DNA of 63,802 nt, filler included, from Choristocarpus tenellus KU-1152 (Eukaryota > Protista > Phaeophyceae): assembly GCA_964200185.2 (NCBI GenBank). It is 11 parts of 11 records of this genome, joined end to end, with 100 filler letters (N's around TTAATTAATTAA, not from the genome) between each part and the next. Parts side by side here need not be neighbours in the genome. Positions count along the whole stretch, not along the records: positions 11,785 to 26,380 come from CAXNAD020001154.1; 10 more parts are not named here. One strand, written 5' to 3'. The translations under genes were made by a program, and so were the position numbers. Positions 11,943-25,400 of the stretch are shown one piece after another; the first letter of the stretch is position 1; every line of letters begins with the position of its first letter. The notes beneath the pieces are model-generated. The model had not been told where the DNA came from and did no database searches. It worked only from the letters and a program-made list of their open reading frames with translations.

Positions 11943-14333
11943 GCGGAGTCATTCATGGTGAGCCCCTTCATTGACACGCAGTGTAACAACATATCTGTGG
12001 AGGACATGCTTAGGTGTGAATACTCAGTATTAAGTAGCATGTGGAGGCTGTACATTTGTATTGACTTACCACCACACAGGCGTACAAATCGCGATATAGT
12101 CCCAAATAAGTAGACAGCTCTCTTGCTCTACATTGCATGCGCCTGAGCACTAGCTCTGTTGCCTCTTTACCTGGTGTAGGAGTCTCAAGGTGCCAGACGT
12201 ATCTCCGTACCAGTTGCTGAACAAAACCATGGACCTGGGACGTGATGGTTGGGACAATGGTGCTGCCGATTTCTCCATGACCGGTGGAGAGTGGATTGAT
12301 ATCTATTCAGAGCAGGTACAGGGGCTAGGAATGGCAGAGACATTATATTGTGGCAGAGGCACTAACCTACATTATTTTTGCATGGTACACCTCAACCTTA
12401 CGACCCGACAATGTGCTCGGGCATGGGTGCTTCTTGTCACTCTGACTTGTATACCCCTGCCTGCACTCCTCTCCACTGTCTGGCAGGATGGAGCATGGGA
12501 TGCCATTGTAACGTGCTTTTTCCTGGACACGGCGCCTGTTGTGGTTGAATATATTGAAGCTATTGCACGGTGGGAGGGGGTTTTTAGTATCATCTTTTTG
12601 TGTTCTGTCTGTGCAATTGCAGGCTATTTCTTCTTTTTTTATTTTCTACTTAGGAGATACAAAAAAGAAAGTATTGTGAATGGCATGACTTGATTAATCG
12701 TGTGAAGATGATCCTTCGCCACCTTCTCTTCCACAAACGATATCAGCACCAAGGATACAATTTGATTTGAGGTATGTAAGGGGGGGGGTGGGATGACACA
12801 GGCACCATACACACTGCATTTCTGAATTGTGACAAACGTAAGTATGCCAAAAACCTGATCAATTGGGGTATCGATAGTCAGGTGAGTTTTCCACTTTTGA
12901 AGGAATGAGATAATACTCCATTTCTGGCTCATTCACTCATAGTGTGTACAGTACCACAATAGTAGGAGTTGAAATGGAATATATTAGAATGTAACACAAA
13001 TATCATGCCCTCCACATTCCTTGAGGAGAGGTGAGTCATAGAGATGCCTTTCATTCGAAATTTATTCTCCCCTCCCCAAGGTATTCTGCTTGTTGCATAG
13101 ATCAGCCCAGTTTTCACGAGGAATCCAATGATTCTACACCTCACACACTAATTCCTGCTCCAGGAGATACAGTATACTTGACGTTTTTTTAATGGGAAGA
13201 ACTAACCTTTTTTTATCTCTTTCAGGTGTGTATATATTGTGAAAGAAAGTAACCACTTGTTTCTAATGACTTTACCTGGTTAAATATCCTGATGCCAGAA
13301 AGACATCAAAATAAGACGTATTTTTTACTCCATAATCCCATTTCATTGTGAATGTTACATACCATTGCCACACTGATCATGACAGGCTGCTCAAACCCGG
13401 AGGAGTATGGATCAACCTGGGGCCTCTCCTCTATCATTGGGTGCAATCAAATCACCAAGATAAAGATGACAGATTCAATCGTGAGTGAAGAACCAAGGAA
13501 CAAAGATTTCATATTGCTGCACACAGCGTTAGTATTTAACATAATGACAGTACATGTGATACATGTTTACATTACACTTTTCCTGCCAGAGATGTTTAGC
13601 GTTACGACTGTAGCGGTTTGTACTCATAGTTACTACATGTCCTTTGACCCTTGACACAAAGACATTACACAGAGGTCCCAATAGGATCTGTGTGAGATGC
13701 AATCATGCCTCTGGTATTGCTTAATTGTCGACACATGTGCCTCATTAGTCACCTGTGAAAAAAGACCTCTTGCGCTCCCTCTTACCAACGCTGCATCTTC
13801 TTCTCAACCAACTCCCTAGGATCAATTGAACTGACTTGGGAAGAGATAAAACATGTGTGTGTCAAGTACGGCCTTGAGTTTGTGAATGAAGAGATTCGAG
13901 AGTGTGTCTACAACTGCAACCAGGTACGTGCTGCCATGCAAACAAACCCTCACACAATTGGGGCATCAAGAGGGCTGTCTTAATTTTATTAGAGGTCGGG
14001 TCATGATCCTTTTGAGAAGGTGTCCTCTCAACTGGCGGATCGACCATTTCAATACCATTCCTGGCAAGTATCACAGAGCAATGGACAAGAGTAGTATAGT
14101 TTACAAAGAAATGAAAGAGATAGGTTGTGGTGAGAATTTCACACCCACTCGATGATACTTTTTAAAATTGAATCTCCGATAGTAAATCACCATTTGTTGT
14201 GTCCTCAATCCCCTACCTTTCAATGCAGCGGTCAATGATGCGCACCTGCTACAAGTGCATGTTCTCCACAGCTACCAAGGGCAATGGAGTGAGCAAACCA
14301 TTGGAACACGGAAAACTTGGAAAAGATGGTTGA
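11943..14333 (+). CDS. CARNMT1: Carnosine N-methyltransferase-like protein (N2227 family), 3' part, 5'-truncated by contig edge
   Basis: GT-AG exons 11943-12013, 12180-12315, 12487-12569, 13386-13480, 13820-13923 and 14229-14333 splice in phase. They give ..[94 protein letters not shown]..stop. Confidence 0.92.
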
Positions 14334-14636
14334 GTTGGTTATTCTACATTCTACTTGTCAGATAAAGAAGAGATTCAGCACACATGTTTCTGAACCTCAT
14401 CAATGACAGAAGACCTGCAGACCAACTGGTTCAGGCAGTTACATTTCAGGAGTCCCCTGCTCAAGATATATATTTTAAAACATATTTACAAACCATAAAA
14501 TGTTCTCCTTAAAAGGTTGTGTGTCAGTAATCTACCTCACTTACATCACCTAGTGTACCTGCCTGGCCCTTCAATACTGCAAGTGTGAAAAGGAAAGTCG
14601 TCTATATCTTGTGAAACCACATCAAGTACAACCACG

Positions 14637-17600
14637 TCATGTGTTGATACGTTCAATCAGAGACGCACACTCTCCAACAGTGGCCCCTCCACTCTCCAAC
14701 CTCTTCCTGAGAGCATCAAATGACGGCTCATTCCTCTTGAGAAGAGCCCTTGCTTCATTGAATGCCCAGTTGATACGGTCCTCGTCATCTGCAGGGTCCA
14801 ATTCTCCACCCAGTCCCCTGCAAGAGTTCGAGAGAAAGTTAGAAGACAAACAAGTGAGGGCAAGGTTGCAAAAGCTCATCAGCTAGAAGAGGAGAAGCAG
14901 ATCTATAGAGCCCGTTGGTTTGTAGAGGTTTGTAGAGCAAGAAATTCTTAATTACATACGGCATGCATGTGAAAGGGACCCAAAGAACCAGTGCTGGTTA
15001 GCTGTTAAATCTTGCTTTTAGAACAATATGCGTCATGCATGTGAGAGGGATCCAAAGAGCCAGTGATGGTAAGCTTTTATATCTTGCTCTTGGAACAAGC
15101 ATACAACACGGATGACAGCATTGTGGGGAAAATTTAATTCCACTGGATCCGTTCTATTCCATTCACCTAGACCGAACATACCTGCTCTCATGCAGGTGCT
15201 ACATGTATACAGGATGGGCAATGGCATTGACCTTGTGGGATTCATTTCTCTGCTTGAATCGTCTTTTAGGTTTGAAAAATTGCAGGCATTCTATGGGATT
15301 TTGTATGTTGGCATGACCCCCCTACTGCGTGCATGCATTGTTCACATGAGGAGATGCTTTGAAGTACTACTGCGCACACCAAATGTTGTTATTAGCACAT
15401 GAAGAATTATGTATGTAACAAGATAACATGTGTAAGACGGTAGATGAAGTAATGTTGAAGAAACATATTAGTAAATGTTTCTTTGGCCTACTGAGGATGT
15501 TTCTATTAGTGATGAATATATCTCGTCGAGAAAGCGTTGTAGTGGAAACTAGGAATTAGGCCCCCTCTTTGTGGATCGACCTCACTCTTCGCTGTCAACT
15601 TAATAAAGCACATTCTACATACACATCTTCTTGCTAAAGCACCACGCTCCTTTATGAGTGTGCCAACATGCACTGATGCTGGTTGCCTATAAAAACGCCT
15701 GTAACACTCCAGGGTATACGCAGTGTGTAATGGCTGACCTGTCCCTGGCAAGTTGCAAGAAGGCAAATGCTTGCCGAGGGTCGCTGGCGATACTCTGGCG
15801 ATGAACCAATCCTTCCGCTGCCACCCCACCAAGCAGCCACACCAGTATACGGTGGACTCCATTGCCACTAGACAGCGCTTCCTCCAGCTCCGGTTCAGTC
15901 ATCATCCTGGAAAAGGTCCAATTGTAACAAAAAATTTCACAGACCACAGTGTAGGTATTTGTGCTACAGATGAGGTCCCCCTCTCACCTAACTCAACCCA
16001 ATACATTTTTTTTTAAAGGAAAGACCGCAGCGGTAAGCGACCAATACGATGATTATCAAGGAATATTTTTTTTTATTGGGACCGAGTTGTGGAATAGAAT
16101 AGAATACGTTTCAGGACCTGAATGACAAGTATAGCAGGATGGTGGATAGTGAATGAAGCATTGCAGTACGATGGGCTCAGGGCAGGGCAAACATCACCGA
16201 GTTCCAAGACAGAGAGCTACAGAGTCACAAAATGCAAAGATAAAAAAAAAACTATCAAGTACACAGCAATGAAATACAAAATTGACTAGTTTGGGGGTGG
16301 AAACAACCTGGCTTTGGTAGTGTGTACACACACAACACCAAATCACATGGTGCATTTCGAATTTCGTAAAGTCAAAGTTGCACGCAAGATACCAGGAGAC
16401 TCTTTTCTAAGTGATGAGAATAAAAACTTCACCTGAGTGCTTCTATCGCGCTGGGTTGGAAAGCGAAGCACGGCAGTCCTGTAATGTAAGCCACCAGGAA
16501 GGCACCTGCTTCCGCCCGACTCTCCCGTTCCACATCCTTCACAAAGAGCCGGTTCAAACCGTTCAGGACAGTCTTGGAATTCTCACCAGCTCCTTTCCAC
16601 ACATCCACCGCCACAGCTGCGGCAGTCAAAAGACCCAATACTGTTGGAACTGTTGTGTCGGTATGCATCACCTGCCCTATGCCCTCCCAGGAGAAGTCAC
16701 ACCCCACTAGTGCCACAAAAGATGCCGCATAGCTTATCTCCAGTGTCCGGTCATCTGTAGGGACCTTCATGGAAGGATTTGGGGAGGACCTTCAGCTCAA
16801 CTACAAAGATGTAATCTTCGAAAAAACCTTGTTACGTAAAAATAGAGAACCGAGGTACACATCGCCTCTACTTCAACATCTCAGTATAACAGACGTGCAA
16901 ACAGATCGTTCCTGGCATAATGGACGTTTTATTAGTCGACCAATGCCTACTGCTACTTATACTGTTCACAGTAGCTTTGGTGTGAGCTGATGTGTGTACC
17001 CTACATGATCCCAGAAAAACGGAAAGGTGAACCAACCTACACTAAGCACAAGCAAGCACAAGGAGATGGAATGGGGGCCACTTATGGTATCACAGCAGAC
17101 ATGCACCAATATAATGAACAAGGGGCTTGATAAGTAATAAGGGGACAAACATCCCTACAGTCCAAGGTTCTGAAGCAGTAAATGGGGAGTTGATATTACA
17201 GCAACCCATCCCCATTTGCAGGGAGAGTCATTCTTGTAATTATAAGGGAAATAGATTTGGTCGCCTGCCCTTACCGTGCTCATGTTTGATAGTACCATTG
17301 CCGTACAGAGTGAATATACCAAGAGGCATCTCTGCACTTGGCATGGGACTAGAGGTAAAAATTGAGGTGCATCATATTCAGATCAACATTGATTCTGATC
17401 TTGAGAATGACCATCACATGTCCACAAGTCACACTACATAATATATACGCGTGACTTTTGTTGTCCCATATGCCCTCAGGACATGTGCAATCAAAGGTGG
17501 GCCTTGAAACTATCATACTATCAACAGACCGACATGCTCAAAGAGAGGAGAACTTCACACCAGGGTTTTTTGCCACCCACTAATGAAGCAAGTCTTTTGC

Positions 17601-19257
17601 TCATGAACTGCTCCTGTACCATAGAATACAAAGATATGCATTTCACACACAAAAGTGAGGGCTATCCAAATCGCAGCTAACACGTGATGCTGGACAGTAA
17701 TTTCAGACACCAAGTTCAGATATACTGTCATACACATGTCTGAAGAGGTATCAATGGTAAATTGATCACATCAATTACTTCTTTAATCTTGTTGAATCTA
17801 CACTATCATATTATTGATGAGAAGCACGGCAATGTCGAATGCATCAACTTGACAACTATTACGGTAAATCGATCACATTAATTACTTATTTAATCTTGTT
17901 GTGTCTACACTATCATACTATTGATGAGAAGCACGGCATTGTCAAATGCATCAACTTGACAAAGTATTTGAAGCATATCACAAGTACCATTGTATACAAT
18001 GTTTAATTTGCTCTTGATGGGAAGGTTGGGTCCGTGTATCTTTTCTTGACAAGGTACATGCGCAACATGTTGCCCAACTGAACAGTACATTGTGGGTCAA
18101 TTGCAGCTGATTAACAGTCCTTCGTTGTCGAGAGGAATAATCGCCAAGATATCATGTCCATAGTAGTGCCTTAGTATCAGAAAACCACAGGACAAACCCG
18201 TCATCATGAGTAACAAGACTTGGCTTGGACTGAACCGATCGAGATGAGGGTGTCAGAAATGCCACCAGTTTTGAGGAATTCATCAAGGGTTACACAGTTG
18301 CATACCCTATTCTAGACTCTATGTTCATTCTTGGCCGTGAACTCATCGCCGCAAGCACCCTCACCTTCGGTAGTCCTTTCAGTGCCTTGTCTTTCTGTGA
18401 TATATTGGTGGGCAGCAGCGATAGACTGCCAAGATCACGAGAAAATTTCTGCCCCACACCGCTTCGCCTCAAGCTGGTGAACGCTGCGAACGACAATCAA
18501 ACCATATTCGACAGGAGAGGCAAAATTATACGGGGTGACTATATAGTGGTCGGTTAGACATAGCTCACTCTATCGCATCTACCCTGGAAATCAGAGCAAA
18601 TAAGAAATACCAACAACCTAGCATCATAGGAGCATCACGGTCTTGTTCAAAACACAAGGATGGAGTGAGCACCTTGTTGGATGATGCCGATGTTGGCAGT
18701 AGCGGCTGCAGCATCCACGACAGCTGATCCGGTCCGGATATTGCACTTGATCTTGTTGGTTTGCATTTCCCCAAGGAGCTGCAAGACCTCTTGAAAGGCA
18801 CCTTCCCCAGATGATTTCTTTGACATGATCATGTTGGACAACCCCTGAAGCACAGCATTGTACTTGTCGGTCTCACCCAGTCCATCCAACACGCGATCAA
18901 ACGATCCAGTGCTTAAGGTTCCGCTCTTCGGGGTAGCCTGAAGAAGCGAGGAGAGGGTTCCTCATGATCATAAAGGTTGGTGTAGAGTAATGAGTGCAAG
19001 TCAACGTACAAAGACACACTCCTACCAAAATGGCATTCGCTCCATCATCGCGTGCCCACCTGAATATCAACACGAGATTCCCTTGTTTTCCCTTGGTCCA
19101 AGCTCTCTAAGGATGCCATTCTTGTCTTGACAACTCTCGGTCTACGACATCGGGGCGACTGTGAGAGAGTTGCTTGGAAGTTTGGTTGCTTCTGTACCCA
19201 CAGGGAATGCACCACACACACATATGTGAGGCACATCAATCGACGCAGAGCTGACAT
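14637..19257 (-). CDS. Plastid-targeted peptidase M41-like protein (VIR3/cyanobacterial Zn-protease-like), Zn motif degenerate
   Basis: Exons 19257-19060, 18937-18673, 18483-18365, 16764-16433, 15906-15739 and 14817-14637 splice in phase. The product has a signal peptide plus transit-like N-terminus, two hydrophobic segments, RESRAEAGAFLVAYITGLP, LLGGVAAEGL and RINWAFNEARALLKRN..FDALRKRLESGGATVGECASLIE*. Confidence 0.82.
14962..15098. repeat. Intronic diverged tandem duplication, about 72-bp period
   Basis: catgcatgtgaaagggacccaaagaaccagtg.. at 14962 and catgcatgtgagagggatccaaagagccagtg.. at 15034. Confidence 0.85.
17756..17961. repeat. Intronic tandem duplication, about 107-bp period
   Basis: ggtaaattgatcacat..tgcatcaacttgacaa occurs at 17756 and again at 17863. 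Confidence 0.9.
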
Positions 19258-19480
19258 TCTCCCGGTCTCCTTCTCCTTGTTTACTCCCGCCTCAAAGTAG
19301 GCACCGTGTACAACGAATCGGAACCCCTAGTATCAATGTCTACCCCAATCCCCAACTCCCAAACCTTGAAGATGAAAAAAAAAGGAAATTCGTATGGATC
19401 TATTTTTTGGACAACTTTTCAATTCTTCAGTTTCTGTTTTCAAAATGTTGGGTGAAGCACCTACAACACAGTCTTAAACG

Positions 19481-22400
19481 ATGTCTGGACCGCCTCGAGA
19501 GATATCGCCTGTAAATGCTCGTGAAATCGTAGATTTCTTTGCTTTCATGCGATGCACAGACGAAGTCAAGACCTTGATCAGTCGCTATGCACAAGGGAGT
19601 GATGACGGCTTCGTCGTGGTAGGCAGCAATTTTCATCGAAGGCTGCAGATTATCTGCGTTGAGGATTCTCTTGAGCAAGCCCTGTTGACCGTCAAGAGTG
19701 ACCCAGAGAACGCCCCGGGTGATTTTGACACCCTTCTAAAGAGCTTTGAGGATTTGGTGAGTGTTGAACAGCTTAGTTGATGTCACGAAGGGGCGCTCAG
19801 TGTGCAACCATCTCAAAATGTGTTTGTCTCAACGTAATCTCCAGCGCGCGCAGATATCAGGGCTGGAGGGAGCTGGAGATGTGGACTGGTTTGATCCGAG
19901 GATGAAAATTTTCCGTCAGGTGCTGTGTTTTGTCTCATGTATGGTGTGTGGAGTGTTTCTTTGTGCTGTACTGTCGCTTGTCACTTGATGCATCGACGTT
20001 GTCAACCTACTCAACACTTCAGGTCGCACTTTCTTGCATTCGTGCACAACTGCGTGAAGCGGAGGGACTCCCGCACCTTAAAGAACTGAGTGACATTTCC
20101 CCGGTCCGCTACCTGGAGACAGTGGATCAACACCTGCCAGCTGAGCCTTCGGACACCGACACCGAGCTGGAAGCGTACAACTTACAGAAGGAGAGACGGA
20201 ACCTGACTGACATTTACGCTGACAGTAGCCGAAAAGTCAGTGCCGTCAAGATGCAGAGCATTTTCATGGTAAGATCCATCCAATCCCTGGTTTCATACTT
20301 CTCCCAACGAACACGTCCGCTCTGCAATGTACAAGCCAAGTGTCCCCAAACTTTATGTGAATTGAATAGGGACAGTTGGTGTTAAGGAGTCCTCAATCTG
20401 GTGGTATTTCAGGCCTGTGACTTATGGGCTCAATCCCTGGGGCAGATTTCGTTGATTATTCAAGACTTTCTCAGGGATTAGGAAGTTTACAGTGCACATC
20501 AAACCGAGGTGCTCAGGAATTGGGTGAGGGACTCTTCAAGTACAGTACTTTTTGTCTAGAATATCTCTGACCCAAGGGCATGAGGTCAATCTGAAGCTAG
20601 CAACACGGAGGGAAATGGTACATGCAACTTAGCCCCTATGAAAAATCTATATCTAATCTGACCAAATCTGCATTTAGTGTACAGCGTTTTGTATGTTGTA
20701 GTAGTAGCCTTTTGCCTCTCACTGACCTCTGTTGTGCACATGGAATTACATCATAGTTACTATTAAGGAGGGAAGCAGTAATCAAGATTTTTATCTCACA
20801 TTCTAGGCATTTTTTTAATTGCATTTTTTGCGAAATTTTGTTCAATCGGTCAACTCTAATTTCGTTTTTCTCATTTTATGTAAGGTCTTTACTCGTGATC
20901 ATGTAATCAGGTGAAAGCTAATGACTTCAGCTCAAGTCAGAGTAACACTTCGCCCTTACCCCTAAGTATTTAGCTGTTTGTGTCCGCCTAAAAGTTACGG
21001 GACCTTTTGCAAGTCCTGATAGATCTCAGATTTTCTAGGTCGCAGAAGGACACTACAGAAGACCATACTTGTTGGTCAGGGAGAGCAGGAGTAGACAAAC
21101 AACATGGAAAGTTCTTTCTTTGTTAATCAAAGCCAATCCCGAGTTATCAACACCCCAAGCAAGGAGTGTCACAATGGCATAAACCAAAAGAGGTGAAGAG
21201 GGCTAGACTTAGAGGGACCAGTCAGTAGATGTGGGGACGCCACAGAACAAGAGAGGGAGGGTAAGGAAATACAGGCCATGACCCACACAGCTGCAGCAAA
21301 AAAGAGATAGGTGGGGAATGCTGCCAGACAAAACGCTCAAGGGGTTAGGGAAGCGGATGCCAAAGAGCAAATGAAGAAAATTGTATCAACTTGGTCAGTG
21401 GAGAGGGTTTTTCCGAGGGGCAGGCACATGTACTGTTGGTCTTTTACCACCAGTTGCTGATCTTTGACCATATGGACCAAACTGAGACGGTGGAGACTGT
21501 CCAGCTCTCAGTGGGAGTGGGATACGATGAGGTTTTCGGCGTTGTGGAAACTAGGAACAAGAAATTGGAGGTCTTTTGCACCTGATCTTTTGCACTTCTG
21601 GGGCTGGGAGGGGGATTGTTGAAGTGGACTCCAGTATGAGGTTGAAGGTCCTTAAACACATCTCGACAAGATGGAACTCTTCATCTTTTCGCAGCAATTG
21701 CTGGGAAATGTGGTCCTCTGTTGGGATTTGGTGGCTTGAGTAAAGACAAGGTTTGGGGTGGAACTTTCATTTCGGGAGGGGTCTGGGTGCCATGCTGAAG
21801 TGCTGGGATATGATTTGGACACTGCCTTGTATGAGCCCATAATGGGGTTGTTTTGGTAACATGGGAAGCAGTACATCGGCCTTTGGTACGCAAAGGGGAG
21901 AGCAATTGCCCAAGTGAGAGATCAGATAAGACAGGTGATACTGTGACCCTGACCCTAATAGGGATCGGATTGAGAGTGGATGGAAACCAGCAAATTGTGG
22001 TAATGTGGTTGCCCATGCCCAGAAGTTGATGACAAAATACATCAAGGCAGAGGACAAGATTCTTGAGTGAGACATGTGTGACCTCACAAATATACCAGAT
22101 GAGCTGAAAGATGCTTTGGAGTTAGCAAGACCAATGGATACTGCAGAGGAGGGAGGGGAGTACATGAGGACATTTTGCAGGAGGATTATGAGGTGTAACT
22201 CATGGTAGAAGATGGCAACAATGACAGCATCAAACCTGGCGAATCCAACCCTATAATTTTGCAGTGGTTGTCAAGAGAGAACCCCGCAGCACCCTCGAGT
22301 ATTTATGCGTTTATTTACCCAATCAAAACGATTTGAGTCGCCAATAACATTCCCTGTGAGTCCTGTGTTTATCAGCATTCCAACAGCATGGGTTTTATCT

Positions 22401-25400
22401 AAAACAAGGGTGTAATTACGAAAGCTAAAATACCCCCTAAGAACAGAAACACTCCCCTCAATAACAGTTACCACAACCTATCACGCAGTGTATTGTGAGT
22501 TGAAGGTGCTACTATGGCTTGATCAATGTATTAGGATGTCAGCTCCCATTCCGTACACATTTCATGGGATGAATACACCTGTAGCAGATTTTAAAAAAGA
22601 AGTTTGAATGCCACCAATCTACTTCGTGGGACTGGCGCATTTCCTCCAAATCGGGCCTTGGGTTCCACATTGAGTTAAGACCTCAAACCAACTTTGATGA
22701 GATGCGGCTTTTCCCCCCATGTTTCCAACTGCCTTTTTTTTTTATCCAACTTTAAATGTTGTAGAAGATTAGTAAAAGGTCTAGAGTAATACTTATACTT
22801 ACTACTTCCTTCCGCTTTAGCCGATACTACTTGCTACATGCTTAATGTAGCCAAACACCAGGCCACATTTTAGGTCAAGTGATGCAAAAGTGTACTTTTC
22901 TTTCTTGAGGTCCTGTGACACATCGTGACTCCTATATTTAAAAAAAAAAAACTCACACCGCAGTCTTTCAAAAAATATAAATGCGAGTGAGTCCAAGGTC
23001 AGGAATGTTGTAATAGGGAGTTGAAATGTTTTAAAGTTAGTCAGTTCCGTCAGATACACTTCACTTGAGAGTAGACATTGTAGGCCTGTATCATAGTGCG
23101 GCAGTCGTTTGAATTTTGAAATTGTATCACCTCTGGCAAGGCCGCTCACCAGCAAGGGAAGGATCTCCTCTTGTATCATGTTCTTCACCTCTGGAATAGC
23201 TTGTTGAAGTGCATGCAGGGCACCCTTGTCATCTAGGTCATGTCACCTAGGTCTGTTCCATAACTACCCGCTGTCGTGGTTCAATCCTCAGGGTGTGTTT
23301 TACAGAGGACCTCAAATTTGACAGTCACAATTTTTTGTTTCATTTTTGAACCAGGATTGCTAGTAATATTGACATTAATACTTCAAAGCAGTGAGAGTCT
23401 AGTGTGTAGGTGTTCAACGCAGTGCATGATGGGGAATGTACTGTGTTCGTCCAATGCTTTTGCCACAAAGGTTCTTTTATGCATCCATCATGTACACACA
23501 AACTACCATACCTTGCCTTTTCTGGTTGGGGTGTGGGTGCTTCTTCTTACCTTGGGGGTTTCAAGGACACACGCCTCCCCGAGTAGGAAATACTTTGAAG
23601 TACCTTAAAATTCAAGATACTCTCATCGTCAATACTTCCTCTGTTTGGGATTAAATATATCACTTTTGCAGCCCCCAATCAAGAATCAACATTTTTTTTT
23701 CACATGTTCATATTTTATGTACGGGGGGTATTGTCCAGAATCTGAAGAGGTTGCCCACCAAAACCTCAACCAAAATGGGAAGCCTGCACCCTTCTGTGAT
23801 TCCGCCCCTGAATCCCTCCCACAGTCCATTCTAACGCAGTATTTTCCACATCCACCGGGTCATTCAGGGGGAGCTTGCCCGCCTTCTCAGCCTTTTTTTT
23901 ACTGAGATAGGGGATTTTGAAGATGTTGTCGCCCTTGGACCCCAGCACTTCACATTTACTTCCGAAAGCAACACTGCCAGTCACACTCTAGTGCCTCTCC
24001 TGCAGGTACGCATCAAACACCTCCATTAGGGCCTCCACCAGCTCCTCTGTTTTGGTCACCTTCAAATCTTCCTTCAGTTGCTGGATGGAATGAAAGAATC
24101 CCAGGTCGTTGGTGTCGAGGTCAGATGAGTTCGCTGGCTGTGTCTCTCTATCACAATGCCGTCCCCCGCTGCCTCCTTGATTGCCTCCATGATCCCCCCC
24201 CCCCCCTTGGTATATATGGCTCTGCCCCATCCTGCTACACAAAGATGGTGCATGCTTCCAGCCTGGGCATGTGGGCCTTGATTACGGAGATGACATCCTC
24301 GATCATGATATGATCTTCTTATACCTCTCTCACCACCCACCATGCCTGACACAAACTCCTTGGTGCCCTCGGGGGGGTATTCACTGAAGTGCAGAACAGC
24401 CTCAGTGTACAATGGCCACATCACATCACCCCCTGCGATATCGTACAAGGCCCATGCGTTCGCTCCGTATGATCTGGCTTTCACTCTCCTCCAGATGATG
24501 TAACACTGTGATTTGGGAAATTCCGAAATCCTCTGCGATGGCTGCAACCGTCCCCCAAGTCACCCAAGTCTCGCTCACACCCTCTTTCTTCTGCTTCCAG
24601 GCACCGTGCTGCTACACTGTTCTCCGTTGGGGTGTTTGAGTCTGGATATGACCCCGGACAGACTTATGATTCGAAGGATTGGGACACGACGGGCGACGAT
24701 GGGATGAGCGAGTCGCTCAAACAACAGGGGGGGGGGGGGGGGGGGGGGGACCCAAAAAATTAGATTTTTTTTTAAATTTTTCTTTTTTTTTTTTAAAACT
24801 ATTAANNNNNNNNNNTTTCGCAATGGTTTTTTAGTGATGAGCGAACTCTCATATTTTTGGTAAGTTGGGTGGTGTTATATAAACAATCATCCCAATAATT
24901 GCACTTGTTTTGACAGTCTCACTTCTCTTTTTTGAACCCTGTCAAATGCGACTAGGTCGACTTTGGACTGGCGACCCTCCAAAATCGCGACAGCCCACCA
25001 CCTCAAGCTTTGCAACGCCTCCCAATCTGTATGAGAACTAAGCCTCGTCCGGTTGGTTTGTCACATGGGTGGGTTGTTCCCGGGCGAGAACGGAGCTCGC
25101 AAAAGTTTTAAGGTGTTACTTTAATTTCTCACCAAACAGAGGAAATATATTTTTTTAATTAAAAAATACTACTAGATGCTTTGAAGTACTGCAATTGAAA
25201 AAATATATATAGGAGGTATTGATGTTTTTAACTTCGGTGCCTGGAATAGCTAGCTGTCGCCATCACAGCACAGCGTCAGCAACAGTGTTAGTACCAACCG
25301 ATGCAATTCCCCAAATCAAATTGAAAGTCGTGAGAGGTCCTGCTTCGCTGTTGTTGAGCACCACCTTGGGGCGACCCTGATCCCATTAGAGAGACCTCCA

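Noticed and set aside
21000-22260. Decayed plus-strand ORF, possibly a KDZ/Zisupton-like transposase
   Set aside because: The resemblance is vague and no diagnostic motif is intact.
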